64,000 nt of DNA from an uncultured Bacilli bacterium (GTDB taxonomy: Bacteria; Bacillota_I; Bacilli_A; RF39; UBA660), in the NCBI GenBank assembly GCA_934095865.1, contig CAKOKU010000002.1, forward strand, positions 57,495-121,494, written 5' to 3'. The position numbers and the translations under genes were made by a program. Each line of letters starts with the position of its first letter. Within the stretch, counting starts at the first letter, position 1. The notes under the pieces were generated by a model. The model had not been told where the DNA came from. It saw only the letters and a list, made by a program, of their open reading frames with translations, and searched no databases. Positions 50,752 through 61,095 of this stretch are shown here, piece after piece.

Positions 50752-50851
50752 AAAGCATACCTCCGTTTTTTTCTAAAACATTATAACATAGGTATTTTAA
50801 AATAACTACATAAATTAATTATTTTTTTCCATAATAAAATTAGGTGAGAGT

Positions 50852-52786
50852 ATGAAGTTAGCAAAGAAAACTATCAAACTCGGTATTTTCTTTAGTATCT
50901 TAGGCATTTTAACATTAATAAGTCTATATGTTGTTGCTTATTTTTCGCCGGTTTTAGATATTAAAAGTACGGGGCAATATTATATTTATGATAATGATAA
51001 TAATTTAGTTTTTCAGGGAAGTGGCAATGCAAAGTGGGTTAATTTAGAAGATGTTTCTCCTTATTTTATTGATGCAATTATAAGTACAGAAGATAAAAAT
51101 TTTTACAAGCATAATGGATTTGACTATTTACGTATTTTGAAAACTTTATTTTTGAATTTTAAAACTAGAAGTATTGTTGGTGGAGCATCAACAATATCAC
51201 AGCAATATGTAAAAAATTTATATTTAGATTTTGATAAAACTTGGGAGCGAAAATTAGAAGAAGCTTGGTTAACTTTAAAATTAGAAGTACACTATGATAA
51301 AGATGATATCTTAGAAGGATATATAAATACAATCAATTTTGGTCAAGGAAATTTTGGAATTGAAAATGCCGCTAATTATTATTTTAATAAAAGTGCTAAA
51401 AATTTAACTTTGGAAGAAAGTATTATTCTTTCTGGTATTCCTAAAGGACCGAGTTATTACAATCCTGTTAGTAATTATGATAATGCAATTAAACGTGCCA
51501 ATGTAGTGGCAAAAGCTATGGTTAACAATAAAAAAATTAGTGAAGATACTAAAAACAATTTATTTCAAAATAAAATTGAAATTTATGGAAAAAGAACAGA
51601 AAATAATTTAGATACAATTATGTACTATCAAGATTTAGTAATTAAAGAACTAGAAAGCATAAGTGCAATTCCAACATCACTTATTGAAACTGGTGGCTTA
51701 AAAATATACACTTCTTTTGATTTAAAATTACAAACCATTTTAGAAAATAGTATTAATAATAATATTAAAGATGATTTACAGGTAGCTAGTGTTGTAATTG
51801 ATCCTAAAACCGGTAATATCATGGCTCTAACTGGTGGCAAAAATTATGCGGAAAGTCAGTATAACAGAGCTTCAGTTATGAAAAGACAAGTTGGTAGTAC
51901 TATGAAACCTTTACTTTATTATGCGGCTTTAGAAAATGGAATGACTTCTACTTCAACTTTCCTTAGCCAAGAAACCACTTTCGTCTTTTCTAATAATGAA
52001 ACATATTCACCACAAAATTATAATCAAAGATATGGAAATAAAGATATTACAATGGCAGCTGCTCTTAGTTACAGTGATAATATTTATGCAGTTAAAACAC
52101 ACCTATTTTTGGGAACCGATGCGTTAGTAAACATATCAAAAAGAATGGGAATTAACGAGTACTTACCTAATATTGCTTCGTTACCGCTAGGAACTGTGGA
52201 GTTGTCAATGCTAGATTTTGCCAATGCTTATACAACTTTAGCAAGCGGTGGATATAAAAAAGATTTATCTTTTATTAGAAAAGTCACTGATATTAATGGC
52301 AATATTTTATATGAGAAAAAAGATAATAGTACGCAAGTTCTAAATGAAAGTTACACCTATATTTTAAATGAACTTTTAACTTCTACATATAGTAGTGCTT
52401 TTAAAGATTATAATACGCCAACAATTATTGGCTTGGCTTCAAAAATAAGTCGTAAATATGCGATGAAAACAGGGTCAACTGGTACTGATTGTTGGATGAT
52501 TGGTTACAATCCTGATATTTTAATGATGGTTTGGAACGGTTATGATGATAATAAGGAACTAAATGGAACACATAGTAAAATCAATAAAAATATTTGGGTA
52601 GAAACAGTAGAGGAGTATGTTAAAGATAAGGAAGCTCATTGGTATGAAAAGCCCGAAAATGTCGTGGGGATTCCAAGAGATGCTGTTACTGGTGGGGAAG
52701 TTACTGATATAAATAAATCCTTTGTTTATTATTATGTAAAAGGAAGCGAAATTGTTGTTAGCAATGAAAGCAAAGAAAATGAATAA
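50852..52786 (+). CDS. class A penicillin-binding protein (glycosyltransferase GT51 + transpeptidase)
   Basis: N-terminal TM; GT51 motifs ISTEDKNFYKHNGFD and RKLEEAW; transpeptidase STMKP (SxxK), SDN-like, KTGS. Confidence 0.85.
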   Translation: MKLAKKTIKLGIFFSILGILTLISLYVVAYFSPVLDIKSTGQYYIYDNDNNLVFQGSGNAKWVNLEDVSPYFIDAIISTEDKNFYKHNGFDYLRILKTLFLNFKTRSIVGGASTISQQYVKNLYLDFDKTWERKLEEAWLTLKLEVHYDKDDILEGYINTINFGQGNFGIENAANYYFNKSAKNLTLEESIILSGIPKGPSYYNPVSNYDNAIKRANVVAKAMVNNKKISEDTKNNLFQNKIEIYGKRTENNLDTIMYYQDLVIKELESISAIPTSLIETGGLKIYTSFDLKLQTILENSINNNIKDDLQVASVVIDPKTGNIMALTGGKNYAESQYNRASVMKRQVGSTMKPLLYYAALENGMTSTSTFLSQETTFVFSNNETYSPQNYNQRYGNKDITMAAALSYSDNIYAVKTHLFLGTDALVNISKRMGINEYLPNIASLPLGTVELSMLDFANAYTTLASGGYKKDLSFIRKVTDINGNILYEKKDNSTQVLNESYTYILNELLTSTYSSAFKDYNTPTIIGLASKISRKYAMKTGSTGTDCWMIGYNPDILMMVWNGYDDNKELNGTHSKINKNIWVETVEEYVKDKEAHWYEKPENVVGIPRDAVTGGEVTDINKSFVYYYVKGSEIVVSNESKENE

Positions 52787-52868
52787 AAAAAGTATAGAAA
52801 TTTAATAAAAGCTTTTTAACTCATTATCTTAGTTAATTTTAAAAACTTATTATTAAAAACTATACTTA

Positions 52869-54269
52869 TTAATTAACATTAATAGTTATTTGATAGCCAT
52901 CTGCTGAATTTGTTTCATTGTATTTTACATTAAATCCCTGACGACGAAGTTCAGAAATAACAGATTGTAAGCTTTCTTTGGCAGATGTTAAATCTTTCAC
53001 AGATTTTTCTGTTGGAGCTTCATCGTTAGTTAAACCATTTAATAAGCTCATTGGATCAAACAATTCATCGCTAGAACTAGATTCTGGTTCATTAGCTGTA
53101 AATTCATTTGTACTTGGTGGTGTAAAAAATTTATTATTTGGATTTAATGGACTTACTTGTTCACTAAACAATGTATTATCTAGTGGTGTTTGGGTTGGTG
53201 AATTGAATGTATCTGTATTCGTTATCATACCTAAATCAGACTTGGTATCTGATGGTAAAACTTCAATATCTTTTTTTGTTGCTGGAGATGATTGGACATT
53301 ATCAGGTTGAAGAAAATCGAAGGAAAAATATCCTTTATTTGAATTATTAACTTTCTTTTTCTCATCATCACTTATTGGTTCCAAAGTTTCATATAAAACA
53401 GGCTTTTTTAATGATTCAAAATTACCTAATGTATCATTATTTAGCATTGCTTCGTTTAAACTTTCACTCGAGTTATCCACAGGTTCATCTAGAGCATCAA
53501 TTATTTTGACAGAATTTAGACTACTTTCTGAAGTATCATTACTATAATCTTTTAATATATCATCTTCCATAGTTGGTATATTTTTTTTATTTATATCAGT
53601 AGCGTTACTTTTAATACTATCTATATTAGGATTGATATCAACTAGAGGTATTTCTGATTTCTTAGAATCATCTTTTAATTTCTTTAATTCTTGATCTAGC
53701 TGACGAACTGTTAAGCGTTCAGTTATTATACGCGTTAACCATTCTTTTTCTTTTTCCGGATCATTTAGCACTAATAAACTACGGGCATGGCGTTCACTTA
53801 TTTTACCTTCTAATAAAGCTTGTTGTACTTCATCATCAAGATTTAATAGTCTTAATTTATTGGCAACAGATGACTGAGAAATTCCCATTTTTTGGGCAAG
53901 TTGTTCTTGAGTATAGCCCTTATCTAACAAATTTTTATAACTTCTTGCTTCTTCGATTGGGGTAAGATTGCGTCTTTGAATATTTTCAACAAGAGCTATT
54001 TCTGCAGAAGAATTATCATCTATATTAGAGATTACTGCCGGAACTGTTGTAAGACCGGCCATAATAGAAGCTTTGTAACGTCTTTCACCAGCTATAATTT
54101 CATATTTGCTGCCTAATTTACGTAAAACTAATGGTTGAATAATTCCATGTTCTTTAATTGAGGCTGCTAATTCTTTTAAACCTTGTTCATCAAATGACAA
54201 TCTTGGTTGAAAACGATTTGGGATTATATCATCTATATTTACTTGTAAAACATTGTCTTCCATTTTCAT
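52869..54269 (-). CDS. ParB/Spo0J/Noc-family protein with long disordered C-terminal extension
   Basis: N-terminal ParB domain with AGERRYKAS (GERRxRA) and HTH YTQEQLAQKMGISQSSVANKLRLL. Residues ~200-420 are S/N/T/P/D-rich low complexity. No parA adjacent. Confidence 0.75.
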   Translation of the reverse strand: MKMEDNVLQVNIDDIIPNRFQPRLSFDEQGLKELAASIKEHGIIQPLVLRKLGSKYEIIAGERRYKASIMAGLTTVPAVISNIDDNSSAEIALVENIQRRNLTPIEEARSYKNLLDKGYTQEQLAQKMGISQSSVANKLRLLNLDDEVQQALLEGKISERHARSLLVLNDPEKEKEWLTRIITERLTVRQLDQELKKLKDDSKKSEIPLVDINPNIDSIKSNATDINKKNIPTMEDDILKDYSNDTSESSLNSVKIIDALDEPVDNSSESLNEAMLNNDTLGNFESLKKPVLYETLEPISDDEKKKVNNSNKGYFSFDFLQPDNVQSSPATKKDIEVLPSDTKSDLGMITNTDTFNSPTQTPLDNTLFSEQVSPLNPNNKFFTPPSTNEFTANEPESSSSDELFDPMSLLNGLTNDEAPTEKSVKDLTSAKESLQSVISELRRQGFNVKYNETNSADGYQITINVN

Positions 54270-54390
54270 ATCTCTAGACCCCTTTACTGTTATAGTCTAT
54301 ATTTATAATAACTTATAATCCTAATTTTTGCAACTCAAATCAAAATTTACTAATAATAAATATTAGCAAAAAAATGAAGGCAAATATAAG

Positions 54391-55116
54391 TTATTTTTGA
54401 TGTTTAAATTTTAAATTAGTATTTTGTTTAATTATTTTATTATATTCACGTGGATATACATGACTTGTTGGTTTATATTTTTGAATTTTTATAAGTGCAC
54501 GATTCGAATTTTCAACTGGTAGAGAAAATTCTTGAATATCAATTACTTTAGAAGACAGTTTTGTTAAAATTGATTTGCTATTTTCTAATTCTGATTGATA
54601 ATTTGATTTCATAGCAATAAAGTAGCCATTAACTCTTACATAGGGAATAGCTAGTTCAGATAAAACTGCTAAATCAGCAACGGCACGGGATGTTACTATA
54701 TCATAAGTTTCACGACGATTTTTAATAAATTCTTCAGCGCGAGTATGAACAAGTTCAACTTGAATATTTAATTTGGTTGCTAATTCATTTAAAAAAGTAA
54801 TTTTTTTATTATTACTGTCCATCAAGGTTACATTTAAATTTGGATAGCATATTTTTAATACCATCCCAGGAAAACCAGCACCAGTGCCTATATCCAATAG
54901 AGAGTCTATTCCAGATAAGTCAACCATTTTAATAATTGTTAAACTATCATAAAAATGTTTTAAATAAACTTCTTCTGTTGTTTTAATGGCCGTTAAATTA
55001 GTGTGCTTATTATATTCCAATAAAAAATCGGCATACAATTTCAATTGTTGTAGTTGAGCATCAGATAATTTCAAATTTAATTTAACTAGTTCTTCCTTAA
55101 ATTGTTCTTCAGTCAT
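54391..55116 (-). CDS. rsmG: 16S rRNA (guanine527-N7)-methyltransferase
   Basis: DIGTGAGFPGMVL SAM motif. Conserved position downstream of mnmG. Confidence 0.85.
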   Translation of the reverse strand: MTEEQFKEELVKLNLKLSDAQLQQLKLYADFLLEYNKHTNLTAIKTTEEVYLKHFYDSLTIIKMVDLSGIDSLLDIGTGAGFPGMVLKICYPNLNVTLMDSNNKKITFLNELATKLNIQVELVHTRAEEFIKNRRETYDIVTSRAVADLAVLSELAIPYVRVNGYFIAMKSNYQSELENSKSILTKLSSKVIDIQEFSLPVENSNRALIKIQKYKPTSHVYPREYNKIIKQNTNLKFKHQK

Positions 55117-56974
55117 TATTATATTCCTTTCGCAAATAGATAGTAAGAATTGAAATATCAGCAGGATTTACACCACTAATTCTCATGGCTTGAGCAATTG
55201 TTTGGGGACGAACTTTCTTTAGCTTCTGACGAGCTTCACTGGCTAGATTAATAACTTTATTATAATCAATATCATTAGGAATCTGCTTTGTTTCTAGCTT
55301 AAGCATTTTCTCAACTTCTTTGAAAGTTTTAGCAATATATCCTTCATATTTAATGCTTATTTCTACTTGTTCTTTTACTTGGTCAGTATAATTAAGTGGG
55401 GTTATTTTATTTAAAAATTCCATATTAATTTCTGGGCGTTTTAGTAAATCATATAAGGACATTGAATGAGTTGGTACTTGTTTTTCTGAGGAGATAAATA
55501 ATTCTTTAACTTCACTAGTTAATTTTAATTTTGTATTTTGTAAATGATTAGTTAATTCTTTGATATCATTTTCTTTAGTGATCAAATTTTGATATTGTTG
55601 TTCAGTGATAGTATTGAATTCTTTAGCAATATGACGTAAGCGTAAATCAGCATTGTCATGACGCAAAATTAGGCGGAACTCAGCACGAGATGTCAACATA
55701 CGGTATGGTTCTTGAGTACCTTTTGTTACTAAATCGTCAATCAATACGCCTATATAAGCTTCATTTCGTTTTAGAATAAGTGGCTCTTTATTTTCTACTT
55801 TTTGGGCAGCATTGATACCGGCAATTATACCTTGACCTGCAGCTTCTTCATAACCACTGGTGCCATTTATTTGACCGGCAGTAAAAAGACCAGAAATAAC
55901 TTTTGATTCTAGAGAAGGTTTTATTTGTAATGGATCAATAGCATCATATTCAATGGCATAGGCATATTTACTAATTATAGCATTTTCCAAGCCGGGAAGA
56001 GAATGGACCATTTGCTCTTGAATATCATGAGGCATTGATGTTGAGAATCCTTGAAGATACCAATCATCATAGTACAAACTTTCTGGTTCTAAAAATAATT
56101 GATGGCGATCTTTATCATGAAAACGAACTATTTTATCTTCAATAGATGGACAGTATCTTGGACCAATTCCTTCAACATATCCGCCATACATGCTTGATTT
56201 ACTTAAGTTATCTTCTATGATTTTTTTTGTTTCTAGAGTTGTGTACAAAAGATAACATTTTTGTTGCTTAGAAATGTCATAGGTTGCTGGATTATCATTA
56301 GAAAATGTCCAGTAAGTATTATCTCCACATTCAGCATGAAGTTTAGAAAAATCAATAGAAGAAGCTTTGATTCTTTGAGGAGTACCAGTTTTTAATCTTT
56401 GGATAGTTAGGCCGTTTTCTTTTAAATGCGTACTTAAATTTTCACTGCGGCGTTCTCCGTGAGGACCACCATCATGTTTTTCAGCACCACACAAAATACT
56501 ACCACGTAGGTAAGTACCAGTTGTTAAAATTAAAGTTTGAGTAAATATTTTGCTGCCATCTTCAAGAATGATACCCTTTATTTTCTTATTTTCAACAATG
56601 ATGTTATCAACCATACCTTCAATAATATCTAGATTAGGTGTATTTCGTAATTCTTTTAACATTTCTTCTGGATAGGTTATCTTATCTGCTTGAGCACGTA
56701 AACTACGTACCGCAGGACCTTTACCACTGTTTAACATTTTTATTTGAAAATGGGATCTATCGGCAACACGCCCCATTAACCCACCTAAAGCATCTATTTC
56801 ACGAACAATTATCCCTTTAGCAGTACCACCAATCGAAGGATTACATGGCATATCAGCTATATTTTTTATATTCATAGTTACAAGTGCAGTTTTATGGCCT
56901 TTAAAAGCCGCGATGTGAGCAGCCTCACATCCCGCATGACCACCACCAACTACAATGATTTCATAATTATTCAT
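55109..56974 (-). CDS. mnmG: tRNA uridine 5-carboxymethylaminomethyl modification enzyme
   Basis: YEIIVVGGGHAGCEAA FAD-binding N-terminus. Full-length GidA. Confidence 0.9.
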   Translation of the reverse strand: MNNYEIIVVGGGHAGCEAAHIAAFKGHKTALVTMNIKNIADMPCNPSIGGTAKGIIVREIDALGGLMGRVADRSHFQIKMLNSGKGPAVRSLRAQADKITYPEEMLKELRNTPNLDIIEGMVDNIIVENKKIKGIILEDGSKIFTQTLILTTGTYLRGSILCGAEKHDGGPHGERRSENLSTHLKENGLTIQRLKTGTPQRIKASSIDFSKLHAECGDNTYWTFSNDNPATYDISKQQKCYLLYTTLETKKIIEDNLSKSSMYGGYVEGIGPRYCPSIEDKIVRFHDKDRHQLFLEPESLYYDDWYLQGFSTSMPHDIQEQMVHSLPGLENAIISKYAYAIEYDAIDPLQIKPSLESKVISGLFTAGQINGTSGYEEAAGQGIIAGINAAQKVENKEPLILKRNEAYIGVLIDDLVTKGTQEPYRMLTSRAEFRLILRHDNADLRLRHIAKEFNTITEQQYQNLITKENDIKELTNHLQNTKLKLTSEVKELFISSEKQVPTHSMSLYDLLKRPEINMEFLNKITPLNYTDQVKEQVEISIKYEGYIAKTFKEVEKMLKLETKQIPNDIDYNKVINLASEARQKLKKVRPQTIAQAMRISGVNPADISILTIYLRKEYNND

Positions 56975-56982
56975 TTTTATCA

Positions 56983-58332
56983 CTACTTTCCTAAACAGAA
57001 ATTACTAAACAATTCGTCCAGCAACTCATCTTTATATGTTTCACCAATTATTTCTCCTAAAGTATCCCAACAAGCACGAATATCAATTTCTAACATATCA
57101 ACAGAATAACCTTTATCTATATTTTCTAAAGCTGATTCTAAATAATTAACGGCGATTTTAATAAGAGCCTGATGACGAGCATTTGTAATGTATGTTGCAT
57201 CGGTATTATTTATTTTTTCTAAATCAAATAATTTAACAATAGCCTCTTTTAAGTCTTTAATACCATTTGATGTCAAAGTATTACCGTATACCGTATTTTC
57301 TTCAGAAATATTTATTTTTGTTGGAAGATCATTTTTATTTATAAATATAATATGAGGTTTGTTTTTTATCAATTCTAAAAGCTCTTGATCTTCTTTAGTT
57401 AAACTTTCATTATTATTTAAAACTAAAATTACTAAATCAGCTGTGGATAATAATTTTTTACTTTTATCAACACCTAATTTTTCCACAGTATCAGTTGTTT
57501 GGCGAATTCCGGCAGTATCAATAAAGTTTAATTTTATTCCAGAAATGATGGTACTACCCTCGATTGTATCTCTTGTAGTTCCAGCTATATCCGTAACAAT
57601 CGCTTTATCCTCTTCTAAAAAAGCATTTAAAAGACTTGATTTGCCTACATTTGGGCGACCAACTAAACATACATCAATACCATCTTTAATAATTTTGGCA
57701 TCTTTGGCGTTTTTTAATAAATTAGATAGTTCACTTTTTATGGTAAGTAATTTTTCTTTTAATAAAGAAATAGTTATATCCTCAGCATCTTCATATTCAG
57801 GATAATCAATATTTACCTCAATATTAGCTATTAGGGCCATAATATCTTTACGAATTTTTACAATTAATTCTTTTAAAGAACCAGTTAGTTGGTTAACAGA
57901 TATTTTTAAGGCGCTATCAGTTGTGGAAGTTATTACATCTTCTATTGCTTCGGCTTCAGTTAAATCGATGCGACCATTTAAGAAAGCACGTTTCGTAAAC
58001 TCGCCTGGAGTAGCAAGTCTTGCGCCATTTAGTAAACACAATTCTAAAACTTTATTAGTAGAAGCTATGCCACCATGGGTATTAATTTCAACTATATCTT
58101 CTGTTGTATAAGTTTTTGGCGCTAACATTATAGACACTAAAACTTCATCAACAATATGTTTTTCTTCATCAATGATATAACCATGGTTGATTGTATGACT
58201 AGCTACTGTGGATAAATCTTTTCCTTTAAAAATTTTATTAACAATTTCAATTGATTTACTGCCGCTTAATCTAATTATTGATATTGCTCCGATGCCACGT
58301 GATGTTGATATTGCAACTATTGTATCATCCAT
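56983..58332 (-). CDS. mnmE: tRNA modification GTPase
   Basis: GRPNVGKSSLLN G1 motif; DTAGIR G3; C-terminal CLGK. Confidence 0.9.
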   Translation of the reverse strand: MDDTIVAISTSRGIGAISIIRLSGSKSIEIVNKIFKGKDLSTVASHTINHGYIIDEEKHIVDEVLVSIMLAPKTYTTEDIVEINTHGGIASTNKVLELCLLNGARLATPGEFTKRAFLNGRIDLTEAEAIEDVITSTTDSALKISVNQLTGSLKELIVKIRKDIMALIANIEVNIDYPEYEDAEDITISLLKEKLLTIKSELSNLLKNAKDAKIIKDGIDVCLVGRPNVGKSSLLNAFLEEDKAIVTDIAGTTRDTIEGSTIISGIKLNFIDTAGIRQTTDTVEKLGVDKSKKLLSTADLVILVLNNNESLTKEDQELLELIKNKPHIIFINKNDLPTKINISEENTVYGNTLTSNGIKDLKEAIVKLFDLEKINNTDATYITNARHQALIKIAVNYLESALENIDKGYSVDMLEIDIRACWDTLGEIIGETYKDELLDELFSNFCLGK

Positions 58333-58436
58333 AAAAACCGCTCCTTTAAGATTAGTAATAAATTACTTCTAACGGTGGTATTATATCATTTGTTATTTAG
58401 AAATAAAAGATTAAATTAAGGTAGAAAAAAAGAAGA

Positions 58437-58916
58437 CTAATCTTCTTTAAGTTGAATTACGACATGTCTATTTGGTTCTTCACCTGTTGATGTCGTTATA
58501 AGTTCTTTGTCATCTTTTAGGGCATTATGAATTATTAAGCGTTCATACGAATTCATTGCATCTAATTCAATTGGGTTTTTGGTTATTTTTACATCTTTAG
58601 CTAATTTTTTAGCTAAGCGAATTAAATTCTCTTCTCTTTGTTGTTGATAGTTACCAACATTTAAAATAATATTAACATTTATTTTTTCTTTTTTATAAAG
58701 ATATTTTCGTAAAATGTTTTGAAGAGCTTTTAGGGTTCTACCATCACGACCGATTAAAATAGAATTATTATTTGAGTCCATATCTAAAATAATTTGGTTT
58801 TCTTTTATTCTTGGCTCAATTGTAACTTCTAATCCCATATTAGTTAATAATTCTTTTAGAAATTCAACACTTTCAGGAATTAATGTTGTCTTAGCATCTG
58901 GTGTAACTTCTATCAT
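58437..58916 (-). CDS. jag: KH/R3H-domain RNA-binding protein (Jag/KhpB-like)
   Basis: 159 aa. Conserved position between yidC and mnmE. Basic KH-like middle and a C-terminal R3H-like region. Confidence 0.6.
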   Translation of the reverse strand: MIEVTPDAKTTLIPESVEFLKELLTNMGLEVTIEPRIKENQIILDMDSNNNSILIGRDGRTLKALQNILRKYLYKKEKINVNIILNVGNYQQQREENLIRLAKKLAKDVKITKNPIELDAMNSYERLIIHNALKDDKELITTSTGEEPNRHVVIQLKED

Positions 58917-58917
58917 T

Positions 58918-59862
58918 TTATTTTGCCTCTTTCATTTTCTTTAAAACAGCATTTTGTACTAAACCAAAGATGTTACTAACAATCCAATATAGAGCTAGGG
59001 CTGTTGGTAAAGATAGGGAAGCCATTAATATCATAAACATCATAATATATGTCATCATTTTTGTTTGACGCATCATATCACTATTGGTATCAGTTGGTTG
59101 ATTAGCCATTGCTTGTTTGAATGAAAAATATGTACTTAAAGCAATAATAACAAGTAAGATTATATAAATATAATTTCCTTGAGATAAAGCCTTACTTGGT
59201 GTCATTCCTAGATTCATATTCCATAAAGTTCCTTCAAAGATAGCAGGAACACGATTAATTGCTTCTAAAAAGGCAAATAATAATGGTAACTGAATTAGTG
59301 AACTTAAGCAACTAGTGGCTGGATTAATGTTATATTTGCGGTATATCAACATCATTTCTTGACTTTTAGCCATCATGGCTTCATTATCAGTACGATTAGC
59401 ATATTTAGCTTCTAGTTTATTTAATTCTTTCGAAGCTTTTTTCATATTTTCAGACTGATTTACAGTATTCTTGGTTAATGGAATCAAAATAACACGTAGT
59501 AATAAACTTATAATAATTACAGATAATCCATAATTTTTAACTAAATCACCCAATTTCAAGATTAACCAAGCTAAAGGTTTAACAAAAATTGATTCCCATA
59601 AACTAACATATTTGATATCAGTTGGTTTAAAATCGCTACAAGATGGTAAATCTTCTAATTTTGTCGTAAGCTTATTATTATTTTGTTCATAAATTGAGTA
59701 TAATTCATCACTAGTTGGTTTACACAAAATGTTAGCAGTTAATGTTTGACCAGTCGTTTCATTAATAACTTGTCTTTTATTATCATCTTTAACATATTTT
59801 GTACATCCCACTGTTAATAATAGCATTAGCATTAGAACAGCTGTTTTAATTTTTTTATTCAT
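58918..59862 (-). CDS. yidC: membrane protein insertase YidC/SpoIIIJ (Oxa1 family) lipoprotein
   Basis: Lipobox LTVGCTK; five TM helices. Conserved rnpA-yidC-jag order. Confidence 0.85.
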   Translation of the reverse strand: MNKKIKTAVLMLMLLLTVGCTKYVKDDNKRQVINETTGQTLTANILCKPTSDELYSIYEQNNNKLTTKLEDLPSCSDFKPTDIKYVSLWESIFVKPLAWLILKLGDLVKNYGLSVIIISLLLRVILIPLTKNTVNQSENMKKASKELNKLEAKYANRTDNEAMMAKSQEMMLIYRKYNINPATSCLSSLIQLPLLFAFLEAINRVPAIFEGTLWNMNLGMTPSKALSQGNYIYIILLVIIALSTYFSFKQAMANQPTDTNSDMMRQTKMMTYIMMFMILMASLSLPTALALYWIVSNIFGLVQNAVLKKMKEAK

Positions 59863-59871
59863 TTATTCTCC

Positions 59872-60195
59872 TTATATTTCTTTTATTAAGCTTGTAAGAT
59901 TTTTATTTAGTTCTTCAAATGTTTTATTATTACAAGCATTCTTTACCATTATAATATATCTATATTGTTTTTGAAATAACATTTTATTATTATCTACAAT
60001 ATTTCTTATTTGTCTTTTTATTCTATTTCTATCCACAGCTGATCCAAAACTTTTTTTAATAGCAATACCAAACTGTGGATAACTTTGTGAATAACTAAGT
60101 TTATAGATTGTGAATAAACTATTGGTTTTAAATTTTTTAGCTTTGAATACTTCTTGAAAGTCTTCATTGCGTTTTATCATTTCATATTTTTTCAT
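59872..60195 (-). CDS. rnpA: ribonuclease P protein component
   Basis: 107 aa, basic; ...RNRIKRQIRNI... (RNR motif). Downstream of rpmH. Confidence 0.85.
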   Translation of the reverse strand: MKKYEMIKRNEDFQEVFKAKKFKTNSLFTIYKLSYSQSYPQFGIAIKKSFGSAVDRNRIKRQIRNIVDNNKMLFQKQYRYIIMVKNACNNKTFEELNKNLTSLIKEI

Positions 60196-60238
60196 AAAAA
60201 CATCCTTTAATTAGGAAAAAACCACTTGGTTAGTGGTT

Positions 60239-60361
60239 TTATTTACATAAAATTTTACGTCCTTTTTTTCTTCTTGATTTAAGAATATTGCTTTCTTTTC
60301 TAGCAAAGAAACCGTGTTTTTTAGATTTTTTACGATTATTTGGTTGATAAGTTCTCTTCAT
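60239..60361 (-). CDS. rpmH: 50S ribosomal protein L34
   Basis: Manual minus-strand translation [40 protein letters not shown] (40 aa, not in the ORF track) matches L34 (MKRTFQPS.RKR...HGFR.R). Confidence 0.85.
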   Translation of the reverse strand: MKRTYQPNNRKKSKKHGFFARKESNILKSRRKKGRKILCK

Positions 60362-60569
60362 TTTTCACACCTCCACATCTAATAAGTAAAGTTATTATAA
60401 TATTTTCTTCTTAAAATTGTCAAGGTTATAATGACAAAGTTAATTTTTAGTAATTGATAGAGAAAGGATTATGCCATGTTGTATTTTTATGTATTGTTTG
60501 TTGATAGAATGTGTATTAAAAAGTGGTTTTTGGTGTTTCTTATTATTATATATTTATATAATCATCATC

Positions 60570-61095
60570 ATAATACTGTTGATAGTGTGGATAACTTTTA
60601 TAAAAGTGCCGAATTTATTGGGGAAAAATAGTAAAAATGGGCTGTGGATAACTAATGAATTATCCACAATTTAACTGTTGATAACTAAAAAAAGGTGTGG
60701 ATAAAGTAAAAAAGTTGTCATTTTTTTGTTAAAAAAATTAAAAAAATATTGTTGATTTTGTGAATAATCTATAAGTTATCCACAGAAGAGATAAAAAAAG
60801 TACATAAAAATCGTAGTTATCAACAGCTTTAAATGCAGTAAATATAAGGCTTTGAAGCGGTTATCCACATTATCAACAGGTACTATGTATATAGTTATCC
60901 ACAATTTTTGTATCAAAAAATAGTCAACCTGTGGATAACTTAAAAATTTCCCTAAAAGCAGCCAAAAAATCTGTGGATAAACTGTTGATAAGTTGTTAGC
61001 AACCTGTTGATAATTTTGTGGATAACTTTTATCCAGAAAAAAGTAAAAATGTCTTTACAAAAATTAATCTTATGGTATAAAATAGGTGTTGATTA
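60570..61095. promoter_or_regulatory. oriC: oriC: DnaA-box cluster plus AT-rich unwinding region upstream of dnaA
   Basis: Ten perfect TTATCCACA boxes (either orientation) starting at 60586, 60643, 60660, 60696, 60776, 60861, 60895, 60930, 60972 and 61017. At least five 1-mismatch boxes (TTATCAACA/TGTTGATAA) at 60676, 60817, 60870, 60983 and 61005. A/T runs at 60705-60760. Confidence 0.9.

Noticed and set aside
50375-50851. T-box leader upstream of argS
   Set aside because: Only 20 bp separate argS from the DUF1934 gene and only 100 bp lie upstream of that gene. Too short for a T-box riboswitch, and no specifier/T-box motifs seen.
1473-57805. Antisense ORFs inside well-supported genes (1473-1721, 5083-5316, 12927-13115, 23102-23284, 27219-27518, 32783-33223, 33716-33913, 35504-35761, 49035-49316, 51628-51840, 52978-53310, 56638-57109, 57443-58111)
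   Set aside because: Each lies opposite a gene with strong family motifs. The translations are low complexity without motifs. Typical AT-rich-genome artefacts.
60471-60674. 67-aa ORF between rpmH and dnaA
   Set aside because: Lies inside the DnaA-box/oriC region, is low complexity (poly-I/L), and overlaps several TTATCCACA boxes. Almost certainly non-coding.
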